A stretch of DNA of 64,000 bases from Candidatus Kaftiobacterium secundum (GTDB taxonomy: Bacteria > Sysuimicrobiota > Sysuimicrobiia > Sysuimicrobiales > Kaftiobacteriaceae), in the NCBI GenBank assembly GCA_031459765.1, contig JAVKHY010000002.1:257350-321349 (forward strand). Direction: 5' to 3'. Made by a program: the position numbers and the translations under genes. Under the pieces are notes generated by a model. That model ran no database searches and was not told where the DNA came from. It saw nothing but the letters and a program-made list of their open reading frames with translations. Shown here piece after piece: positions 31,542-44,217 of the stretch; positions within the stretch are counted from its first letter, which is position 1, and the number at the start of each line of letters is the position of its first letter.

Positions 31542-32441
31542 CTATCGCCGCGGGACGCGGACGAGGAGCACCGGGCGGGTGCTGTGCCCGACGATGCGCG
31601 CCGCGACGCTGCCGGCCCACATCGCGTCCACCCCGGAGCGGCCGTGGGTCGCCATCACAATGAGATCCACCGCCCGCCGCGCCGCGACATCCAGCAGGGT
31701 CCCGACGGGCTCGCCCCGCTCGACGAGGACCTGGCTCCTCGCCCCGACCGCCTTCGCCGCCGCTGTGGACTGCAGGTAGTCCACGGCATCGGCGGCCTCC
31801 GAGTCGAGCAGGGCGGCGGCCGCGGTGGGCATGAGCCGGGTGGAGGCGGCCCGTTCGCCGGAGATGGTCTGCACCGTCGGCACCACCATCACCAGGAGGA
31901 GCTCCGCATCGCAGGCCCGCCCGATCTCGACCGCCGCAGGGAGGGCGGCCTCGGCCGTGGGGCTGCCGTCCAGGGGCACCATGATCCGCCGGCAGGCAAA
32001 GGGTTGCTCCCGCCCGGCCGGCGTGGGCCGCACCAGGAGGATCGGGATCTGGCCGCGTCGCAGCACCTGTTCGGCGACGCGGCCGAACAACAGGCCGCGC
32101 AGCCCGCCGCGGCCGTGCGTGCACAGCACCACCAGGTCGGCGGCCTCCTCGGCGCCGCCGCTCACGATGCTGGCGGCCACGTCGTCCGTGGAGGCATCGA
32201 GGTGCGTGCGGACGGCGACGCCGCCTGCGCGCAGCCAGGAGGCCACCTCCGCGAGGTACGCGGCGGCCTCGGCTTCGGCGGTGAGGTGCCGCTGACCGTG
32301 GATCGTCACGGGCGCGCCCCGCTCCACGGCATGGAACAGGGTGATCTCCGCCCCCAGATGCCGGGCCAGGGCGAGGGTGGCGGGGAGGGCCGCTTCTGCC
32401 AGAGGGGAACCGTCCAGGGGCACCAGCAGGCGCCGGAACAT
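31542..32441 (-). CDS. tandem universal stress protein (two UspA domains)
   Basis: Two repeats each with ...LVPLDGS...HGR(G/S)G...G(R/S)VA..V....PVLLVR. Confidence 0.75.
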   Translation of the reverse strand: MFRRLLVPLDGSPLAEAALPATLALARHLGAEITLFHAVERGAPVTIHGQRHLTAEAEAAAYLAEVASWLRAGGVAVRTHLDASTDDVAASIVSGGAEEAADLVVLCTHGRGGLRGLLFGRVAEQVLRRGQIPILLVRPTPAGREQPFACRRIMVPLDGSPTAEAALPAAVEIGRACDAELLLVMVVPTVQTISGERAASTRLMPTAAAALLDSEAADAVDYLQSTAAAKAVGARSQVLVERGEPVGTLLDVAARRAVDLIVMATHGRSGVDAMWAGSVAARIVGHSTRPVLLVRVPRR

Positions 32442-32442
32442 C

Positions 32443-33726
32443 CTATCCTCCCACCGCCAGCCGTACCAGGAGGAAGATGTTGAGGGCGATGATCACCGTC
32501 GTGGCAAAGACGGCCGCCGTCGTCGTGATACGCCGGTTGACCAGCGGCCCCATGATCTCCTTCCGGCTGGTGAACAGGACCAGGGGGACGAGGGCGAAGG
32601 GCAGCCCGAAGCTCAACACCACCTGACTGATCACCAGGGTGCGCGTCGGGTCCAGCCCCAGGCCGATCACGATCAGCGCGGGCAGCATGGTCACCAGCCG
32701 GCGGATCCAGATCGGAATCTGGCGGTGCAGAAACCCCTGCATGATCACCTGTCCCGACATCGTGCCCACCGTGGAGGAGGAAAGACCCGAAGCCAGCAGC
32801 GAGACGGCAAAGACCGTGCTGGACAGGGGGCCCAGCAGCGGCTGGAGCGTCCGGTGCGCTTCCTCGATGCTGGCCACGTGAACCAGCCCGGTGCGGTGAA
32901 AGGTGGACGCCGCCATGATCAGCATCGCGGCGTTCACCAGGCCGGCCAGCCCCATGGCGATCACCACGTCGAGCACCTCGTAGCGGAACAGGCGCGCCGC
33001 CTGCTCTGGATCCCGGGGAATGATGCGTCGCTGGGTCAGCGCGGAGTGGAGGAAGACCACATGGGGCATGACGGTGGCGCCGAGGATCCCGGTGGCCAGC
33101 AGGACGCTCTCCGTGCCGGCAAAACGTGGGACCACCGCGGAGAGGGCCACGGCCCGCCAGTCGGGCCGGTCCAGGATCGTTTCGATGACGTACGAGGCGG
33201 CGATGATCCCGACGAAGCCCGTGATGACCGCCTCCACCGGCCGGTAGCCGTACCGTTCCAGGGCCAGGATGACCATCGTCACCACGCCGGTGAGCAGTGC
33301 GGCCAGGAACAGCGGCAGGTGGAAGAGCAGGTACAGCCCCAGCGCCGCCCCCAGGAATTCCGCCAGGTCGGTGGCCATGGCGACCAGCTCACTGATCACC
33401 CACATCCCCCAGACGACGGGCGGGGAGAATTGTTCCCGGCACATCTCCGCGAGGTTGCGGCCGGTGGCAATGCCCAGTTTGGCGGAGAGGGCCTGCACCA
33501 GCATCGCCGTGAGGTTGCTGGCGGCGATCACCCACAGGAGCATGTAGCCGAACTCCGCGCCGCCCTGGATGTTCGTGGCGAAGTTGCCCGGATCGATGTA
33601 GGCGACACAGGCGACGAAGGCCGGTCCCAGGAAGGGGAGGATCCGGGCCAGGCCGCGCCGGCCGCGGCCTTCCAGCACCGCCCGGGCGGCTTCCACCGTC
33701 GCAGCGGGATCCAGACGATCCTTCAT
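32443..33726 (-). CDS. mntH: NRAMP-family divalent metal (Mn2+/Fe2+) transporter
   Basis: DPGNFATNIQGGA NRAMP signature, 11-12 TM helices. Confidence 0.85.
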   Translation of the reverse strand: MKDRLDPAATVEAARAVLEGRGRRGLARILPFLGPAFVACVAYIDPGNFATNIQGGAEFGYMLLWVIAASNLTAMLVQALSAKLGIATGRNLAEMCREQFSPPVVWGMWVISELVAMATDLAEFLGAALGLYLLFHLPLFLAALLTGVVTMVILALERYGYRPVEAVITGFVGIIAASYVIETILDRPDWRAVALSAVVPRFAGTESVLLATGILGATVMPHVVFLHSALTQRRIIPRDPEQAARLFRYEVLDVVIAMGLAGLVNAAMLIMAASTFHRTGLVHVASIEEAHRTLQPLLGPLSSTVFAVSLLASGLSSSTVGTMSGQVIMQGFLHRQIPIWIRRLVTMLPALIVIGLGLDPTRTLVISQVVLSFGLPFALVPLVLFTSRKEIMGPLVNRRITTTAAVFATTVIIALNIFLLVRLAVGG

Positions 33727-33753
33727 CCCGGAAGGCTCGGGATACCGGAGGGA

Positions 33754-34392
33754 TCAGGCGATCCTGGCCTGCTCGCCGGACGCCGGCGCGCGCAGCTCGA
33801 AGGTACAGCGCGGGTCGCCCCGGAGGATCCACTCCGTCTGACCGATCTCGGCACCGGTCATCCGCTCCAGGACGCCCCGGGCCAGGCAGCACAGATCGCG
33901 GAACTCCATCGCCACCGCGGCCAGGGGGCAGGTGTACAGGGAGAACTGATAGCCCGCCTCCGTCTGCTCCACCGCGGTGGATTCGGCGTCCGGGAAGAAA
34001 ATCCGCCGCGCCGCCTCCAGCCGCGCACCCGGGTCGGGCAGGCGGCGGATCTCCGGATGTCGCGCGGCCAGATGCTCGCCCATCTCGTCGAAAACCTCCT
34101 CGATGCGCGACCGATCCCCCATGGCCGCGAACAGCGCCCGCAGGAAGGCGGCATAGGTCTGGGGCGCGGCGAGTTCCGCCCTCGGGGTGAGACGGTAGAG
34201 CAGCGGCGGTCGTCCGGTGCGCTGCCGGATGAACTGCGCCGTGACCAGTCCGTCACGGGCCAGGACGCTGAGGTGCTGGCGCAGCGTCGAGCGCGACAGG
34301 CCCGTCTGCCGGCGCAGCTCGCTCAGGGTGATCCCCCCGCTGCCCCTGATCAGCCTGAGGATGCGCGTTCGCGTGGGATGCATCTCGGCCAT
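33754..34392 (-). CDS. winged-helix (ArsR-like) transcription regulator with C-terminal sensor domain
   Basis: N-terminal TRTRILRLIRGSGGITLSELRRQTGLSRSTLRQHLSVLARDGLV HTH. Upstream of and co-directional with mntH. Confidence 0.55.
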   Translation of the reverse strand: MAEMHPTRTRILRLIRGSGGITLSELRRQTGLSRSTLRQHLSVLARDGLVTAQFIRQRTGRPPLLYRLTPRAELAAPQTYAAFLRALFAAMGDRSRIEEVFDEMGEHLAARHPEIRRLPDPGARLEAARRIFFPDAESTAVEQTEAGYQFSLYTCPLAAVAMEFRDLCCLARGVLERMTGAEIGQTEWILRGDPRCTFELRAPASGEQARIA

Positions 34393-34508
34393 GGTCGCCT
34401 CCCGCCGGCTTTCGGTGGCCTTTACCGTCAAATCTACCGTACCGCGGTCGGAGGGACCCCGGTATCGGGCCGCTGCCCTATTTCGCCGTCTTCGGGTATA
34501 GTAACGGC

Positions 34509-35090
34509 GTGTCGATCCGCCGCCTCCGGCCCTGGCCGGTCACCGTCCTGCTCCTGACCGCTGCGGCGATTACTTTCGGGCTCTGGACGCGCAGCCCCCA
34601 GGCTCCGCGGGGTCCCGGCCCCGGCCCCGGTCCTGCGCCGGCCGTCCCGGCCCCCGCCGCCCGCCCGGCGCCGGAGTTCCGCCTGCGGGGATTCGACAAC
34701 CGGCTGATCGCCCTCTCCGACTACCGCGGGAAGATCGTGGTGCTGAACTTCTGGGCCTCGTGGTGCGCGCCGTGCCGGCAGGAGATGCCCAATCTCGAAC
34801 GCGTCTGGCGGGAGTTCCGCGCCCGGGGCGTGGTGGTGCTGGGCGTGGACGTGCTGGACGACCCCGACGAGGCCAGGGCGTTTGTGGAAGCGTTGCGGAT
34901 CACCTACCCCAACGTCTACGATCCCGAGCAGACCCGGATGACCGCCTACCGCGTCACCGGGCTGCCCACGACGATCTTCATCGACCGACGCGGGCGCATC
35001 CGCGGCCGGTTCGTCGGCGGCTACCTCGGCCCGGAGGGCCACGCCGCGCTTCGACGCCAGGTGCTCGAGTTGCTCTCCGAACCTCCCTAA
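34509..35090 (+). CDS. TlpA/ResA-like periplasmic thiol-disulfide oxidoreductase
   Basis: N-terminal TM, Pro-rich linker, thioredoxin fold with FWASWCAPC active site. Confidence 0.75.
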   Translation: MSIRRLRPWPVTVLLLTAAAITFGLWTRSPQAPRGPGPGPGPAPAVPAPAARPAPEFRLRGFDNRLIALSDYRGKIVVLNFWASWCAPCRQEMPNLERVWREFRARGVVVLGVDVLDDPDEARAFVEALRITYPNVYDPEQTRMTAYRVTGLPTTIFIDRRGRIRGRFVGGYLGPEGHAALRRQVLELLSEPP

Positions 35091-35137
35091 CCTCCGCGGG
35101 GCGAGACCCTGGAGCCCGATCGGGCGTCATCGTCCGC

Positions 35138-35536
35138 CTAGTTCACCGGCTTCAGCTGTGTCGTCGTGATACAGGTACGGTCCTTAGGAAAGGTGCTGAT
35201 GGTGTCCGTGCCCCGCAGAGACCCGAAGGCGAAGGTCACCACGTAGGTCTTGTTGGCGGGCAGCCACCACTCGATGAATCCGTCGGCCCCGGTGCGCGCG
35301 AGCCCGGCGCGGTTCACGGTGCCGTCGGTGGAGCGGAGCCAGAATCGGAGGGTGGTGTTCTTCAACTCGGCCTGGCAGGAGCCCTTGACGTGATAGGTGC
35401 AGGGATGTGTCGTCGTGATGTATGGGGCGACGGCCACATAGAATTCCTGCCCGGCCGTGGCCGGGACGGCGGGAAGAACGGTCACCAGCAGCAGACTCAG
35501 CGCTGCGGTCAACGCCAGACGGGTCATCGAAGGCAC
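35138..35536 (-). CDS. secreted hypothetical protein with Cys pair (HPCTYHVKGSC)
   Basis: Signal peptide plus ~105-aa beta-rich domain. No recognisable family. Co-directional, immediately downstream of hypE. Confidence 0.35.
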   Translation of the reverse strand: MPSMTRLALTAALSLLLVTVLPAVPATAGQEFYVAVAPYITTTHPCTYHVKGSCQAELKNTTLRFWLRSTDGTVNRAGLARTGADGFIEWWLPANKTYVVTFAFGSLRGTDTISTFPKDRTCITTTQLKPVN

Positions 35537-35706
35537 CTCCTCGGTGCGGCGACTTTGAGATGAATGCTACCCGCTGCCGCCGACGCCGCGCATCGGGCGG
35601 CGGCCCGAATCGGTCTCGGGAAACTGCCGGATGCTTCGGCGGCCGGGGATCCCCCTGCCCCGTCCTGCCGGGCACCGGGGACCGGCGGCGGAGACCCCGC
35701 CGACCC

Positions 35707-37851
<2,145 letters not shown>

Positions 37852-37855
<4 letters not shown>

Positions 37856-38130
37856 TGCCTTCCCGGCCCCTCCGGTCCTGGCTCCCGGACCTCCAGCTCC
37901 CGCAGCCCCTCGATTTCGGTGAGATATTCGAAGACCCGGGCCGCTTCGCGTTCGTCCACGACGGAGAGGGCCACGCCCACATGGACGATCACATAGTCGC
38001 CCACCCTCGCCTCCGGCACGAAGGCCAGGCTGACCTCTTTGACGATGCCGCCGAAATCCACCCGCCCGCGCCGCGTGAGCTCGCCGTCGTCGGCGATGGT
38101 GAGGATCCGGCCGGGGATGGCCAGGCACAT
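37852..38130 (-). CDS. hypC: [NiFe]-hydrogenase maturation chaperone HypC
   Basis: N-terminal MCLAIP motif, ~92 aa. Confidence 0.85.
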
Positions 38131-38135
38131 CGCCG

Positions 38136-40418
38136 CTACCCCCCCTCTCCCGCGGCCAGCGCCTGCCCGACGGCCAGTCCGCCGTCATTGGGCGGGACGC
38201 GCCGCGGGCAGAACACCGCGAAGCCGGCACGCCGCAGCTCCGCGGCCGCGGAGCGGACCAGCCGGGCGTTCTGAAAGCACCCGCCGCTGAGGACCACTTG
38301 CGATTCGTCCACCATCCGGGCAGCCAGGACGATCATCCGGGCCAGGGTGTTGTGGAACCGGGCGGCGATGGTCGACCGCGGCGTTCCGCAGCGGAGGTCG
38401 GCGAGAATTTCCTCAATCATCGGCCCCCAGTCCAGGACGGCCGGCGCCCCCAGGGGCGTCTGCACCGCGAAGGGGTAGATCCCGTCGTCGTCGCACCCGT
38501 ACGCGGCGTCCTCCACGGCGGCCGCCGCCTGCCCTTCGTAGCCGGCGCGCTGGCGCAGGTCGAGCAGCGAGGCCACAGCGTCGAAGAGCCGCCCGGCGCT
38601 GCTGGTCCGCGGCGTGTTGAGCCCGCCCCGTGATCCAGCCCCGCGCAGCAGCGCGGAGAAGATCCGTCGCTCGGCGGCGGAGCAGGCGCGGACCGGCGCC
38701 AGGTCGTCGCGGCCCCACACCCCGTCTCCGTATAGCTCATAGAGCATGCCGAGCGCCGCCCGCCGCGGTTCCCGGACCGCCGCCTCGCCGCCGGGGAGGC
38801 CGAAGGTCCGCAGGTGCGCCGTCCGCTCGCATCCGCGGCCGGTCAGGCGCAGAAACTCGCCGCCCCAGACCGTTCCGTCCGGCCCGTAGCCCGTCCCATC
38901 CCAGGCCACGCCGAAGACCGGCGGCCGCAGGCGGTGCTCGGCCATCACCGCCAGAAGATGCGCCTGATGATGCTGGACCGCATGCCGGGGCAGCCCGGAG
39001 GCCTCGGCGACCTGCGTAGAGGCGTAGTCGGGATGCAGGTCGCACACGACCTTTGTCGGGCGGAGGTCATAGAGGGTGGTCAGCGCCTCGAGCGTCCCAC
39101 GGTGGACCTGGCGGGAGCGGGCGCTGTCCAGGTCGCCCACATGCTGGCTCAGGATGATCTCGCCGCCGCGCGCCACGGCCACGGAGTTCTTCAGGTGCCC
39201 GCCGACGGCCACGAGCGGGGAGAGTTCGACTTCGATGGACAGGGACAGGGGGGCGTATCCCCGGGCGGCGCGCAGGACGACGGGCTCGCCGTCCATCACC
39301 CGCACCACGGAGTCGTCCACCGGCCGGGCGATGGGCCGGTCGTGGATGAGGAAGAGGTCGGCCACGCCGGCCAGGCGTGCGCACGCTTCGCCGTTGTCGG
39401 TGCAGATCGGTTCGTCGGAGAGGTTGCCGCTGGTGGCCACCACCGGAGTCTGCAGCTCCGCCATCAGGAGCACGTGCAGCGGCGTGTAGGGCAGCATGAT
39501 GCCCAGCGTGGCCCGGCCGGGCGCCACGGAAGGCGCAAGATCGTTGTCCGCCTCCGGCCGCCGACCCAGCAGCACGATCGGCGCCGCGGCCGAGGTGAGG
39601 AGGGCCTCCTCCGGCGGCGAGACGACGGCGTGGCGGACGGCCAGCTCGAGCGAGGGGTACATCAGGGCGAACGGTTTCTCCTCGCGTCCCTTGCGGGTCC
39701 GCAACCGCCGGACGGCATCCTCATTGCCTGCGTCCACGAGCAGCTGGAAGCCCCCGAGCCCCTTGAGCGCGACAATGAGGCCGTCCCGCACGGCCCGGGC
39801 GGCGATGTGAAGAGCCTGGTCGCCTTCGGCCAGGACGGCTCCGCCGGGGTCCCACAGCTCGAGGTGCGGACCGCAGGCCGGGCAGGCGATGGGCTCGGCG
39901 TGGAAGCGGCGGTTGCCGGGATCGTCATATTCCGCCCGGCACCGGGCGCACATCACGAAGGCCGCCATCGTGGTGCGCGCGCGGTCGTAGGGCAACGCCG
40001 TGATGATGGAGTATCGCGGCCCGCAGCGGGTGCAGTTGATAAAGGGGTAGCGGTAGCGGCGGTCGGCGGGGTCGCGGAGTTCGCGCAGACAGTCGGGACA
40101 GACGGCCAGATCCACGGGGACTACGACCGTCGGGGCGCCGTCGCGCTCGCTCGGGGCGATGACGAAGACGCCGTCCCCCACCGCCGGGACGACGGTGCGA
40201 TCGATCTCCAGGATGCGCGCGTGAGGCGGCGCCTCGCGTATCAGACGCTCGACGAACGCCTCCACAGACTCCGGCTGCCCCTCGACCTCGATGCGTACGC
40301 CGGCCGGACCGTTCCGCACCCATCCGGACAGGCCCAACTCGGTGGCCAGCCGATAGACAAAGGGGCGGAAGCCCACCCCCTGCACGGCCCCGCGGACGTC
40401 GAGCGCCAGCCGGGTCAT
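38136..40418 (-). CDS. hypF: carbamoyltransferase HypF
   Basis: Acylphosphatase domain (VQGVGFRPF), two Zn-finger CxxC...CxxC pairs, YrdC and Kae1-like carbamoyltransferase domains; 760 aa. Confidence 0.9.
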   Translation of the reverse strand: MTRLALDVRGAVQGVGFRPFVYRLATELGLSGWVRNGPAGVRIEVEGQPESVEAFVERLIREAPPHARILEIDRTVVPAVGDGVFVIAPSERDGAPTVVVPVDLAVCPDCLRELRDPADRRYRYPFINCTRCGPRYSIITALPYDRARTTMAAFVMCARCRAEYDDPGNRRFHAEPIACPACGPHLELWDPGGAVLAEGDQALHIAARAVRDGLIVALKGLGGFQLLVDAGNEDAVRRLRTRKGREEKPFALMYPSLELAVRHAVVSPPEEALLTSAAAPIVLLGRRPEADNDLAPSVAPGRATLGIMLPYTPLHVLLMAELQTPVVATSGNLSDEPICTDNGEACARLAGVADLFLIHDRPIARPVDDSVVRVMDGEPVVLRAARGYAPLSLSIEVELSPLVAVGGHLKNSVAVARGGEIILSQHVGDLDSARSRQVHRGTLEALTTLYDLRPTKVVCDLHPDYASTQVAEASGLPRHAVQHHQAHLLAVMAEHRLRPPVFGVAWDGTGYGPDGTVWGGEFLRLTGRGCERTAHLRTFGLPGGEAAVREPRRAALGMLYELYGDGVWGRDDLAPVRACSAAERRIFSALLRGAGSRGGLNTPRTSSAGRLFDAVASLLDLRQRAGYEGQAAAAVEDAAYGCDDDGIYPFAVQTPLGAPAVLDWGPMIEEILADLRCGTPRSTIAARFHNTLARMIVLAARMVDESQVVLSGGCFQNARLVRSAAAELRRAGFAVFCPRRVPPNDGGLAVGQALAAGEGG

Positions 40419-40678
40419 GCTTCCGCAACCTCCACCTCGACGCTGTCCGGCCCCACGTCGTAGGCGAAGAGCGCCCGGTCCTCGCGGCGGCGGAGGCGGT
40501 AGGTCTCACCCGAGCGCTCACAAGCGTACCGCATCCGAGATTAGCCTACTCTCGGGACGGCAAGCCCTTCATCAGGCCTCCGCCCGATTCGGCACCCCGT
40601 AGCGCCTACATTGGACGTACGGCTCGCTCGTGGGCGATGATCGCGGCCGTCATGCCGGCTCTCTCGGCGCGTCCACCT

Positions 40679-42040
40679 TCACACCGGCTCCTGTTGCACC
40701 GCAGCGGCCCGCCGGGCCCGCACCGTGGCCCAGGCCAGGCGGGCGACTAGGCGCGGGTCGACGGCCCGGAGGAAGATGCTGCGGTACGGCGCGCTGCCGG
40801 AGAACATGTCCCAGAGGACGCCGCTGAGCCGCGGGTCGCGGTCGCGGCCGGTTTGTTCCGCCGCCGTGGTATGGAGGACCGCTCCGCGGAGAAGGCGGAC
40901 GGTCTTCAGCAGCCCGGCGAGGAGGAACATCACCCGGCCGAAGCGGTTGTCCCAGGCGATGGAGCGGTAGACGGGTCCGAAGTGTCGGCGGAACGCCCGG
41001 GCCGAGATCCCATGGAACACCGCCGTCTGCGCGGCGGCCCGTGCGGTGCGGTAGGCGGCGCCGATGCCGTCCTTGTACAGCCTGGTCACACCGCAGTCCC
41101 CTACGAGGACGACCCGGTCGGCGAAGGGCCGGGCGGCCTCCCGCACGTTGATGTTGGGCCGGCAGTGGCAGACGCCTTCGTGGGACGTCCCGGGCGGCAG
41201 CCACCGGGTCACGGCCGGATGGGCGAAGAAGACCCGGATCAGCAGGTGGTCGATGTTGCGGCCGAGCAGGCAGACGGTCACGAAGTCGCCCTTGGGGATG
41301 ATGGCCGCAAACTCCAACCGGGGAATATCGAGGAGAAAGATGTGCATCGCGGCGCCGAAGATGCGCGTCACCGTTTCGAACCCGAGCCGGATCTCCGTGA
41401 TGTAGGCGCGGCTGGTTTCCGCCGGCCGGTGTCGCAGGCCGAGACCCGCGAAGAGCGGCTCGGAGGCCACGTTGACGCCGGTGGCGACGACGATGAGATC
41501 GTAGACCGTCGACGCTCCCCGCACCTGCAGCGACGGCCGTCCCCCCTGCCACCGGGCACCGGTGACGCGGGCGGGGATGACGCGGGCCCCCAGGCGCTGC
41601 GCCTCGGAGAGCAGGAAGCCGTCCAGCCCGCCCCAGCGCAGCACGCTCAGATCGCGCGGCCCGCCCCCGCGGTGGAGGGTCGCAATCCGTGCCTCACGCC
41701 GCGGGGTGCGGATTCTCACCGACCCCTCGTCGGTGTTCAGGACGTAGGCCGCGATGCCGCGCTGCACGACCGTGGCCGGGAGGTCGATCCCTTCCGCCGC
41801 CAAGCCTTGCACCAGCGCCTCGGAGACCACGCCCCCGCACATGTTGCACCCGCGAGGACCGGTCGCCGCGAAGTCTCTGGGTTCGTAGATGTCGACGGCC
41901 AGCCGGAGATTCTGCTGCTCGGCGAAACGGAGGAGGAAATACGCAGACAACGATCCGGCGGGGCCGCCCCCGATAACGGCGACGCGGCTCCCGTCCTGCA
42001 GGCGCATCGGCCCCCGGGCCGGAGGGGCTCTGGCGATCAT
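40679..42040 (-). CDS. FAD-dependent oxidoreductase (geranylgeranyl-reductase-like flavoprotein) with CNMCGG motif
   Basis: Rossmann VAVIGGGPAGS near the N-terminus; GDxG-like VLVGDCGV region. ATG at 42040 has RBS GGGGAGGA. Last gene of the cupredoxin/NrfCD block. Confidence 0.6.
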   Translation of the reverse strand: MIARAPPARGPMRLQDGSRVAVIGGGPAGSLSAYFLLRFAEQQNLRLAVDIYEPRDFAATGPRGCNMCGGVVSEALVQGLAAEGIDLPATVVQRGIAAYVLNTDEGSVRIRTPRREARIATLHRGGGPRDLSVLRWGGLDGFLLSEAQRLGARVIPARVTGARWQGGRPSLQVRGASTVYDLIVVATGVNVASEPLFAGLGLRHRPAETSRAYITEIRLGFETVTRIFGAAMHIFLLDIPRLEFAAIIPKGDFVTVCLLGRNIDHLLIRVFFAHPAVTRWLPPGTSHEGVCHCRPNINVREAARPFADRVVLVGDCGVTRLYKDGIGAAYRTARAAAQTAVFHGISARAFRRHFGPVYRSIAWDNRFGRVMFLLAGLLKTVRLLRGAVLHTTAAEQTGRDRDPRLSGVLWDMFSGSAPYRSIFLRAVDPRLVARLAWATVRARRAAAVQQEPV

Positions 42041-42131
42041 CCCCGGTCCTCCCCTGGGCGATTTCTCAGGCTCTTCTCGACCAGCTCGAAGGGCCCTGCC
42101 ATCGCGCCGCAGGGGCGCCCCGTTCCCCCTG

Positions 42132-42665
42132 CTACGACGCCCGGCGAATGCCCATGAGCAATGCGACCAGGTAGGCGTACGTCGTCCAGATTCCGCCGAG
42201 CAGCACAGCAACGACCAGAATCTGGACAGGGGGATAGGGACTGATGAACCCCGGTTGCGGGCTCATCCCGCGAAGCACATCCAGTCCGGGGCGTCGCTGC
42301 GGATCCCGCACTCTGGGCGAGAGGAGCTGGAGGCCGGCCTGGAGGGTCGCGCTCTCGCCGGCGACCGCCCGCACCTCGGTGTAGCGCGGCGGGTCGTTCA
42401 GCGTGACGGACGCCGTCCCGGCGGCGTCCGCCTCCACCTCTGCCAGCTCCAGCCATCCGAAGGCCGTCCGGGCCAGGAACGTCACCGCCGTCCCGCCGGC
42501 GGGCGCTCCCGCGTCGTCCTGCACGGTAGCCACGACGCGCGTCGAGCCGTCGGCGCGGACCTCCTTGAGCAGTGAGATCCTGGCCGGCTCCGCCCCGTCC
42601 GCGGCGGAGGCGCCGCCCGCGACGAGCAACAGGCCCAGGACCGCGAGGCTACGGAACAGGCGCAT
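42132..42665 (-). CDS. exported protein with C-terminal membrane anchor, unknown function
   Basis: Signal peptide, Ala/Gly-rich ~120-aa domain, terminal TM (ILVVAVLLGGIWTTYAYLVALLMGI). Overlaps the 3' end of the nrfD-like gene by 17 nt. Confidence 0.35.
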   Translation of the reverse strand: MRLFRSLAVLGLLLVAGGASAADGAEPARISLLKEVRADGSTRVVATVQDDAGAPAGGTAVTFLARTAFGWLELAEVEADAAGTASVTLNDPPRYTEVRAVAGESATLQAGLQLLSPRVRDPQRRPGLDVLRGMSPQPGFISPYPPVQILVVAVLLGGIWTTYAYLVALLMGIRRAS

Positions 42666-44217
42666 GCGCCACCTCTCCGGCACTGGCCTCAGTCCCCCGC
42701 TCTTCCCGCGTCTCCCAGATCGAGACGATCGGGAACAGTTTGCTGAACAGGATGTAAATGAGTGCAAAGCCCGCCAGGGCCGCCGCCGTGATCGACCACT
42801 CCACCCACGTCGGCCGGTAGACCGCCCAGCCCACTGGAGCACGCCGGATCGGTAAGAACGGATACTGAAGGGTGGGCACGATGATGACGAAGCGCTTCAG
42901 CCAGGCTCCGACGTTGACCAGGAGCGAGGCCACGACCGCGGCCGCGATCGGGCGCGCTCGGAAAAACGGCAGCAGCGCGACAAAGAGCCAGATGCCAGCG
43001 GCGGTCAACACCCACGGCAGCAGCGCACGCAGGGCGGCGACGTCGCCCAGGGCCGCGGCGGGCGACCCCGAGGACGAGACGAAGACGCGCAGGCCGAGGG
43101 TGGCGGCCAGCGCGGCCAGCGCCGGTCTGGGCTGAAGCAGGGGGGCGCTCTGCAGGCGCGGCACCCAGGAGATCGTCGGCAGTGTGAGGAGCAGCACGGG
43201 GACCAGCAGTCCGCCGATCTGTGTAAACCAGAAGATGCGCGCATAGGGCCCGCTGACCACCGCGCTCAGGTAGCCGCGCTCGTGTGTCGCCAGTTTGTAC
43301 AGCGGCGTCCAGTACTCGTTGAAGGTGAAGTAGGCGTAGATCAGGCCCAGCGCGATAAGAAGATAGCCCATCCGCTTGAAGTGGCGCACCGTAATGTAGT
43401 CCTCCAGATGGTACGCCCACCGGAAGGCGGCCATCGCGGTGATCACGGCGGCTGCGCCGCTGAACAAGGCCCCCGAGACGAAGTACGGCCCGAAGATCGT
43501 ACTGTTCCATCCCGCGCGCAGCGTCATCGCCATGATCCAGGACACCACCGTGTGCACCGAGATCGCCACGGGGATGATCAGCACCGCCAGCACGCCGATG
43601 ATCGTTTCCAACTGGTGCTTCTGCCCGGGCGTCCCGCGCCACCCTAGGGCCAGGATCGTGTACAATCGCCGCCGCCACGCCGGCCCCCGCGCATAGTGCT
43701 CCCGCAGCAGCGCGATGTCCGGGATCATGGGCACGTACAGGAACAGCGTGCTGCCGGTCAGGTACGTCGTGATCGACATGATGTCCCACAGGATGGGCGA
43801 CTGCAGCCGGCCGTGCAGGAGGAGATTCAGGATGCGGTCCGGCCGCCCCATGTCCACGAAGGGCATCAGCGCTCCCATCAGCAGCGAGGCGAAGGTAATC
43901 GCCTCGGCCATCCGCGTGATCGGCCGCCGCCACTCCGCCCCGGTGAGGCGCAGGATGGCGGACATCAGCGCACCGACGTGGCTGACGCCGATGAAAAAGA
44001 CGAAGTTGGTGATGTAGACGCCCCACATGAAATTGTCGCGCAGCCCGGTCACGCCCAGCCCGTAACGCAGCTGCACGCCGTAGGCGATGAGCCCCCAGAG
44101 GATGATGGCCACGAGCCCGCCGACCAGCGCGTAGTAGCGCGGGCCGGTCGCCTGCAGCGAGTCGAGCAGGCGCTGCTCGCGAGGTGCGAACGCCTGACGG
44201 CGGCGCCCGTCGATCAC
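42649..44217 (-). CDS. NrfD/PsrC-family polytopic membrane subunit (quinol-interacting), ~12 TM
   Basis: 522 aa with ~12 hydrophobic helices typical of NrfD/PsrC/ActC-type quinol oxidoreductase subunits. GTG start overlaps the stop of the FeS gene (GTGA). Confidence 0.7.
   Translation of the reverse strand: MIDGRRRQAFAPREQRLLDSLQATGPRYYALVGGLVAIILWGLIAYGVQLRYGLGVTGLRDNFMWGVYITNFVFFIGVSHVGALMSAILRLTGAEWRRPITRMAEAITFASLLMGALMPFVDMGRPDRILNLLLHGRLQSPILWDIMSITTYLTGSTLFLYVPMIPDIALLREHYARGPAWRRRLYTILALGWRGTPGQKHQLETIIGVLAVLIIPVAISVHTVVSWIMAMTLRAGWNSTIFGPYFVSGALFSGAAAVITAMAAFRWAYHLEDYITVRHFKRMGYLLIALGLIYAYFTFNEYWTPLYKLATHERGYLSAVVSGPYARIFWFTQIGGLLVPVLLLTLPTISWVPRLQSAPLLQPRPALAALAATLGLRVFVSSSGSPAAALGDVAALRALLPWVLTAAGIWLFVALLPFFRARPIAAAVVASLLVNVGAWLKRFVIIVPTLQYPFLPIRRAPVGWAVYRPTWVEWSITAAALAGFALIYILFSKLFPIVSIWETREERGTEASAGEVAHAPVP

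Noticed and set aside
34590-34680. Apparent short-period repeats (CCCCGG/CCGGCC)n, and similar GGC/GCC tracts at 11150-11210
   Set aside because: These encode Pro/Gly-rich linkers inside the TlpA-like and YtfJ-like proteins, not CRISPR or tandem-repeat elements.
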